Shown piece after piece: positions 23,672-28,117 of a stretch of DNA of 28,117 bases. This stretch comes from an uncultured Methanosarcinales archaeon (GTDB taxonomy: Archaea > Nanobdellota > Nanobdellia > Woesearchaeales > JAGVZT01): contig CAYQPU010000023.1 in the NCBI GenBank assembly GCA_964419615.1, positions 1 to 28,117 on the forward strand, given 5' to 3'. The translations under genes and the position numbers were made by a program. Under the pieces are notes generated by a model. That model did not search any database, was not told the origin of the DNA, and saw only the letters and a program-made list of their open reading frames with translations. Positions within the stretch are counted from its first letter, which is position 1; every line of letters begins with the position of its first letter.

Positions 23672-24061
23672 ATGAGTGGTTTCTTTTCAAAAGTAAAAAA
23701 AGGGATGGGGATGGGTGCTGAACCCGATGTATTTGAAGATGCAGAGAAAGAATATGTAGAGATTGAAACAGATGTTTCAGAGGAAAAAGCCCAAATTACT
23801 GTAAGACCGTATAATATTGAAGATTTTTCTGATATCAAAGATATTCTTAAAGGATTAAGAGAAGGATATACAATTGCTCTTGTTAATATCAAACCAATTA
23901 AAGAAAAAGATGTTATTGAATTAAAAAGGTCAATTAACAAATTAAAAAAGACTTGCGATGCAATTGATGGAGATATTGCTGGCTTTGGTGATGATTATAT
24001 TGTTTGTACACCAAGTTTTGCTAAGATTTATCGGGCACCTAAGGTTAAGAAAGCAGATTAA
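23672..24061 (+). CDS. sepF: Cell division protein SepF (archaeal)
   Basis: IEDFSDIKDILKGLREGYTIALVNI..IKEKD..ELKRSINKLKK....IDGDIAG....I.CTP matches the archaeal SepF core. AGGAGG RBS. Confidence 0.85.
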   Translation: MSGFFSKVKKGMGMGAEPDVFEDAEKEYVEIETDVSEEKAQITVRPYNIEDFSDIKDILKGLREGYTIALVNIKPIKEKDVIELKRSINKLKKTCDAIDGDIAGFGDDYIVCTPSFAKIYRAPKVKKAD

Positions 24062-24459
24062 ATTTGCTTATCTATTTTTTTTGCAACTTCTTTTAGATCA
24101 TTTAGTGTTCTATCCATGTCTTTTTGGATTTCTTCAACCAAAGTTTCAAGTTTTGCAACTCTAAGAATGTATTTATTCTTATCATGTATTACGTATCCTG
24201 CTTGGATTAGCCTTGCAAGGTGATGCACAACTGTTCCTCTACTCAAACTTGCTTTAGCTGCTAATTCATCAGATGTTAATGCAATTCCTTTTTTTGAGCT
24301 TTTTAATAGCTCAACAAATATTCTATAACAAGATCTGTCTTTGTCTCGTAGGCTAAATAATCCTAATGATTGACCTAGCCATTGCAGCTTTTGATTAAGA
24401 TCTTCTTGAACTGGCTTTCTTTGCCGGATTATGGTGATTTTTTGATGATGAATGATCAT
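24058..24459 (-). CDS. Winged-HTH (ArsR/TrmB-like) transcriptional regulator
   Basis: LTSDELAAKASLSRGTVVHHLARLIQAGYV HTH. Divergent from the grpE operon. Confidence 0.8.
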   Translation of the reverse strand: MIIHHQKITIIRQRKPVQEDLNQKLQWLGQSLGLFSLRDKDRSCYRIFVELLKSSKKGIALTSDELAAKASLSRGTVVHHLARLIQAGYVIHDKNKYILRVAKLETLVEEIQKDMDRTLNDLKEVAKKIDKQI

Positions 24460-24537
24460 AAAATTACTGAAAATCTTTGTTGTTTATAAACTTTATCCGA
24501 AAGATTTAAATAGATGTAGTTAATTCTAGATTGTCTG

Positions 24538-24556
24538 TGTTGATTTAAGATCAACA
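24538..24556. promoter_or_regulatory. Candidate operator TGTTGAT-N5-ATCAACA
   Basis: Perfect 7-bp inverted repeat about 25 nt downstream of TTTAAATA (24505-24512), between the wHTH gene and grpE. Confidence 0.45.
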
Positions 24557-24638
24557 TACATTAAGTAATTTAGTAAATAAAAAATCAATTTGAACACAAA
24601 AGAAAGATTGAAATAGAATAATGATTTGGTAAGAAAGC

Positions 24639-25124
24639 ATGAAAGACAAAAAACACAGTGAAAAAGAGCTAGTGGAAAAGCAAAAAAAGATTGATGAGCT
24701 AACTGATACCACAAAAAGAGTTCAAGCTGAATTTGAAAATTATAAAAAAAGATCTGAGAAAGATCAACAGCAGTATATTGATATGGGTAAAATTGTGGTT
24801 TTAAGGAAAATTTTACCAGTATTAGATAGTTTTGAACAAGTTAAGGATGATCCAAAAATAGCCCCTTTGTATAATCAGCTGAACTCAGCTTTAACAAATA
24901 TTGGAGTTGAGCCTATTGATATTGAAAATGAAGAGTTTAATCCACACATACATGAGTGTGTTTGTGAAGAAAAGTCTGACAAAGCAAAGGGTATGATCAC
25001 AGAGGAGATTCAAAAAGGGTATAAAGTTAGTGAATATATTATTAGGCATTCAATTGTAAAAGTTAGTGGTGGAAAGAAAAAAGAGGAGAAAAAAGAAGAT
25101 GATAATATCAAAACAAACACCTAA
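24639..25124 (+). CDS. grpE: Nucleotide exchange factor GrpE
   Basis: RVQAEFENYKKR, ILPVLDSFE, FNPHIHECV and IQKGYKV...IRHSIVKV motifs. Confidence 0.95.
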   Translation: MKDKKHSEKELVEKQKKIDELTDTTKRVQAEFENYKKRSEKDQQQYIDMGKIVVLRKILPVLDSFEQVKDDPKIAPLYNQLNSALTNIGVEPIDIENEEFNPHIHECVCEEKSDKAKGMITEEIQKGYKVSEYIIRHSIVKVSGGKKKEEKKEDDNIKTNT

Positions 25125-25650
25125 AAATGAGGTGCTCAAACTCGGGAGCCATTGCGAGAAGAGCAACCACTGCTGTTCGTATACATCTGGTTTTTTGGCT
25201 AAGGATGACCTTTCAAGAATTGCAAAATTTCTTGGAATGAGCAAGCAGCAGGTAATGGATAATTACCTTGAAGAAGTTGAAATGTTTAATAAAAAAGCAT
25301 TAAGACCAAGAAGAGATATTCAAGATAAACCTTATGGTCCTTGTGTTTTTTTGGAAGAAAAGGGATGTAAGATACATGAGGTTAAACCTTTGCATTGCAA
25401 GGTTTTTACTTGCAAACCTTTTGGTTTTCAACTTACTCAATGGTTTTATCTAAATTATCTTGTGGATCCAGAAGATCCGGAGGCCATCAGACAGTATGCA
25501 CAGTTTTTGCATGCCAATGATCCAATTCCAGGTGGGAATTTGGAAGAGTTAGTACCTAATAAAAAGAAATTGAAGAAAATACTTGGTTATGAAATATTAA
25601 AGAGGGAAGAAGATGATGGAAAAACAAAAAAGCATGTTCCTAAAGGCTAG
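25099..25650 (+). CDS. YkgJ-family Cys-cluster (Fe-S/Zn) protein
   Basis: HCEKSNHCC, PCVFL...GCKIHEVKPLHCK.FTC. ATG 25099 follows a GAGGAG RBS. Confidence 0.85.
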   Translation: MIISKQTPKNEVLKLGSHCEKSNHCCSYTSGFLAKDDLSRIAKFLGMSKQQVMDNYLEEVEMFNKKALRPRRDIQDKPYGPCVFLEEKGCKIHEVKPLHCKVFTCKPFGFQLTQWFYLNYLVDPEDPEAIRQYAQFLHANDPIPGGNLEELVPNKKKLKKILGYEILKREEDDGKTKKHVPKG

Positions 25651-25921
25651 TGCCATTTTAAAATACTTACTTGGAACTGATGATGAGATTGAAACATTAA
25701 TTATGTGTAAACCTGCTAATGTTGAATTAGTTTGTTATGATCAAAGCTTGTATGAGGCACTTGGTTCATTGGAAAATCAAGAGGAGTTTAATTTTAGAAA
25801 GTTGGTTAAGTTCCTTGAATCAGTTGATGTTGTTTCATTTAAGAAGAATTTACAAAAAGATAAACCTTTGCTCACAGATAAGAGGGTTAGTGAGTTAAGA
25901 GAAAATTTAGTAAAAAAATAA
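25613..25921 (+). CDS. PIN-domain-like protein, probably degenerate
   Basis: MFLKASAILKYL...CYDQSLYEAL resembles PIN (FLDxSA....L...E) with the first Asp replaced by Lys. Confidence 0.45.
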   Translation: MMEKQKSMFLKASAILKYLLGTDDEIETLIMCKPANVELVCYDQSLYEALGSLENQEEFNFRKLVKFLESVDVVSFKKNLQKDKPLLTDKRVSELRENLVKK

Positions 25922-25933
25922 GTGGGGGATAAT

Positions 25934-26563
25934 ATGAAAGTGATTGTTTTGTTTGAGGGTATTCATGATCATGTAGGTCCAAAACCCGGAACAAAGGTTG
26001 TAGATCAGGTAATAAAGATTAGATCATCGTCAATCTTACTTAAGGGAGAGAAAACAATATTAGTTGATTCAAGTCATTTTAAGTTTGAAAAAGAATTACT
26101 TGATGCTCTTAAACAAAATGGGGTGGAGCCTGAAGATGTTGACTATTTGATTAATACTCATACTCACAGAGATCATATTTCAAATAATCATTTGTTTAAG
26201 AATGCTGCTCCTTTGATTCACCATCTTGGAATTTGGTATCCTGATGGTAGGATAGAGGCTTATGAAAAATCTGCTGATATGGATATTCCGGGGATTAAGT
26301 TAATGGAGACTCCTGGACACACTGCAGATAGTATATCTGTTATTGTTGAATCCAAAGGGAAAACTTTTGTGTTGTGTGGAGATGCTGTTAGAGAAGATGT
26401 AATTAGAAGATTCACTCCAGTTGGTTATGCAACAAGACCTGAATATAAAGATAGCGCTAAAATGATTTTCAAGATTGCTGATGTTATTGTACCAGGTCAT
26501 GGTCAGGTTATCAAAGAGGATAAACTTGAAGAATTAAAAAAAATAGTTGATAATTGGAAATAG
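25934..26563 (+). CDS. Metallo-beta-lactamase-fold hydrolase
   Basis: ILVD, THTHRDHISN (HxHxDH), TPGHT, GDA and PGHG motifs. Confidence 0.92.
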   Translation: MKVIVLFEGIHDHVGPKPGTKVVDQVIKIRSSSILLKGEKTILVDSSHFKFEKELLDALKQNGVEPEDVDYLINTHTHRDHISNNHLFKNAAPLIHHLGIWYPDGRIEAYEKSADMDIPGIKLMETPGHTADSISVIVESKGKTFVLCGDAVREDVIRRFTPVGYATRPEYKDSAKMIFKIADVIVPGHGQVIKEDKLEELKKIVDNWK

Positions 26564-26596
26564 AATAAAATTATGTTATGTGGAGGAAGAAAGAAA

Positions 26597-26710
26597 ATGT
26601 CAAAGATCAATGAAAATCAAAGATTTTCAAGATTTTTGAATTCTCAGTTACATGAGAAGAGTTTTGAAGAAAATAACAATGGAGGTTATAGAGAATGTCA
26701 AAAATTATAG
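26597..26710 (+). CDS. Candidate 37-aa upstream ORF overlapping the dnaK start
   Basis: Has its own GGAGG RBS (26582-26586). Encodes [37 protein letters not shown], and the stop lies 16 nt inside dnaK. Confidence 0.35.
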   Translation: MSKINENQRFSRFLNSQLHEKSFEENNNGGYRECQKL

Positions 26711-28117
26711 GAGTTGATTTAGGAACAAGTAATAGTGCTGCTGCTTATTTAGAGGCGGGTAAGCCAAAAATTATTCCAAGTGAAGAAGGTGTGACTTTGT
26801 ATGGTAAAGCTTTTCCAAGTTGGGTTGCTTTTACTGATGATAAACAGATTTTGGTTGGGGAACCTGCTAAAAGACAAGCTGCTATGAATCCTGAGAGGAC
26901 TATTACAGCTGCTAAAAGAAAGATGGGTACTAAGCATAAGTACAAGATTAATAGTAAGGATTATACTCCTCAGCAGATTTCTGCTTTTGTCTTGCAAAAA
27001 ATTAAGAGAGATGCAGAAAAGTTTTTAGGAGAAAAAGTTGAGAAAGCTGTTATTACTGTACCTGCTTATTTTGATGATAATCAAAGACAGGCAACTAAAG
27101 ATGCTGGTGCTATTGCAGGATTAGAAGTTGTTAGAATTATTAATGAACCTACTGCAGCTTCACTTGCATATGGTTTGGATAAGTCTGACAAAGAGCATAC
27201 TATTTTAGTGTTTGATCTTGGAGGTGGTACTTTAGATGTTACCATCATGGAGTTTGGAGAGGGAGTGTTTGAAGTTAAGTCAACTAGTGGAGATACTAAA
27301 CTTGGTGGAACTGATATGGATAAAGTATTGGTTGATCATATTGTTGCAGAGTTCAAGAAAAAGGAAGGTGTTGATTTAACAAAAGATGCTAAAGCTGTCC
27401 AAAGAGTTAGGGATGCTGCTGAGATCGCAAAGATTGAATTGAGTAGTGTTGTTGAAACAGAAATTAATTTGCCTTATGTAACAGCTGATCAAAATGGACC
27501 TAAGCATCTTGTAATGAAGATTAAGAGAGCAAAAGTTGAGGAATTAGTTGAACCTATTGTTAAGAGATGTAAAGCTCCAATGCAGCAAGCAATTGCTGAT
27601 GCTAAACTTAAGCCTGAGGATATTCACAAAGTGATTTTAGTTGGTGGTCCAACAAGGATGCCAATTGTACAAAAGTTTGTTGAAGATCTTGTGGGAAAGA
27701 AAATTGAGAGAGGTATTGATGCCATGGAGTGTGTTGCACTAGGTGCAGCAATTCAAGGTGGAGTTTTAGCAGGAGATGTTAAAGATGTTTTACTGCTGGA
27801 TGTTACTCCATTAAGTTTGGGTATTGAGACTTTAGGAGGAGTGTTTACAACTTTGATTGAGCGAAATACTACAATTCCAACAAAGAAGAGTAAGGTGTTT
27901 AGTACTGCATCTGATAACCAACCAGCTGTTACAATTAGAGTTGGTCAGGGAGAAAGACCAATGTTTATTGACAATAAAGTGCTGGGACAATTTGACTTGG
28001 TTGGTATTCCACCTGCTCCGCGAGGTATTCCGCAGATTGAAGTAACATTTGATATTGATGCATATGGTATTGTTCATGTAGGTGCAAAGGATCTTGGAAC
28101 ACAAAAAGAGCAGTCTA
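26695..28117 (+). CDS. dnaK: Molecular chaperone DnaK (Hsp70), runs off the window end
   Basis: [55 protein letters not shown] and [20 protein letters not shown] at 26681. Absent from the ORF track because there is no stop in the window. Confidence 0.97.
   Translation, partial: MSKIIGVDLGTSNSAAAYLEAGKPKIIPSEEGVTLYGKAFPSWVAFTDDKQILVGEPAKRQAAMNPERTITAAKRKMGTKHKYKINSKDYTPQQISAFVLQKIKRDAEKFLGEKVEKAVITVPAYFDDNQRQATKDAGAIAGLEVVRIINEPTAASLAYGLDKSDKEHTILVFDLGGGTLDVTIMEFGEGVFEVKSTSGDTKLGGTDMDKVLVDHIVAEFKKKEGVDLTKDAKAVQRVRDAAEIAKIELSSVVETEINLPYVTADQNGPKHLVMKIKRAKVEELVEPIVKRCKAPMQQAIADAKLKPEDIHKVILVGGPTRMPIVQKFVEDLVGKKIERGIDAMECVALGAAIQGGVLAGDVKDVLLLDVTPLSLGIETLGGVFTTLIERNTTIPTKKSKVFSTASDNQPAVTIRVGQGERPMFIDNKVLGQFDLVGIPPAPRGIPQIEVTFDIDAYGIVHVGAKDLGTQKEQS

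Noticed and set aside
24460-24638. CIRCE/HrcA heat-shock element
   Set aside because: TTAGCACTC-N9-GAGTGCTAA is not present upstream of grpE or dnaK.
815-28104. Short antisense or alternative-frame ORFs in the track (e.g. 815-1003, 1633-1830, 3757-4071, 6080-6370, 11007-11309, 23638-23940, 26745-26997, 27832-28104)
   Set aside because: They lie opposite or inside well-supported genes and have no motifs; treated as shadow ORFs.

Overview
AT-rich archaeal chromosomal window, most likely DPANN (Woesearchaeota-like). This is inferred from Rpo11, archaeal-type TIM and SepF, BRE/TATA promoters about 22-27 nt before leaderless ATGs, and many ORFan genes. Housekeeping blocks are METTL5-like methylase, rpoL and AMMECR1 at the left end, and PfkB kinase, HTH-CBS, phosphoesterase, tpiA, NUDIX, sepF, grpE and a 3'-truncated dnaK at the right end. 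They enclose a large accessory region (about 2-20.7 kb). Most notable observations: (1) two large tandem paralogues (4658-8727) with a highly divergent APH/choline-kinase-like domain, the first also carrying a trehalose-phosphatase-like HAD motif, set between two HAD phosphatases and a PhoU regulator; (2) a HEPN-MNT toxin-antitoxin pair bracketed exactly by two direct-repeat sites, each made of two TGTTAA-N4-TTAACA-type palindromes 39 bp apart; (3) two unannotated structured intergenic elements of about 140 nt (997-1139 and 22058-22197); (4) a 637-aa repeat/Gly-zipper membrane protein followed by tandem paralogue pairs, one copy inactivated by two in-frame TAA codons; (5) a stand-alone RNxxAH HEPN protein, a receiver-like protein with a large insertion, and a structured uORF-containing leader in front of dnaK. 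No rRNA, tRNA, CRISPR array, integrase or transposase was recognised. All family calls come from motif reading by eye, without database searches.
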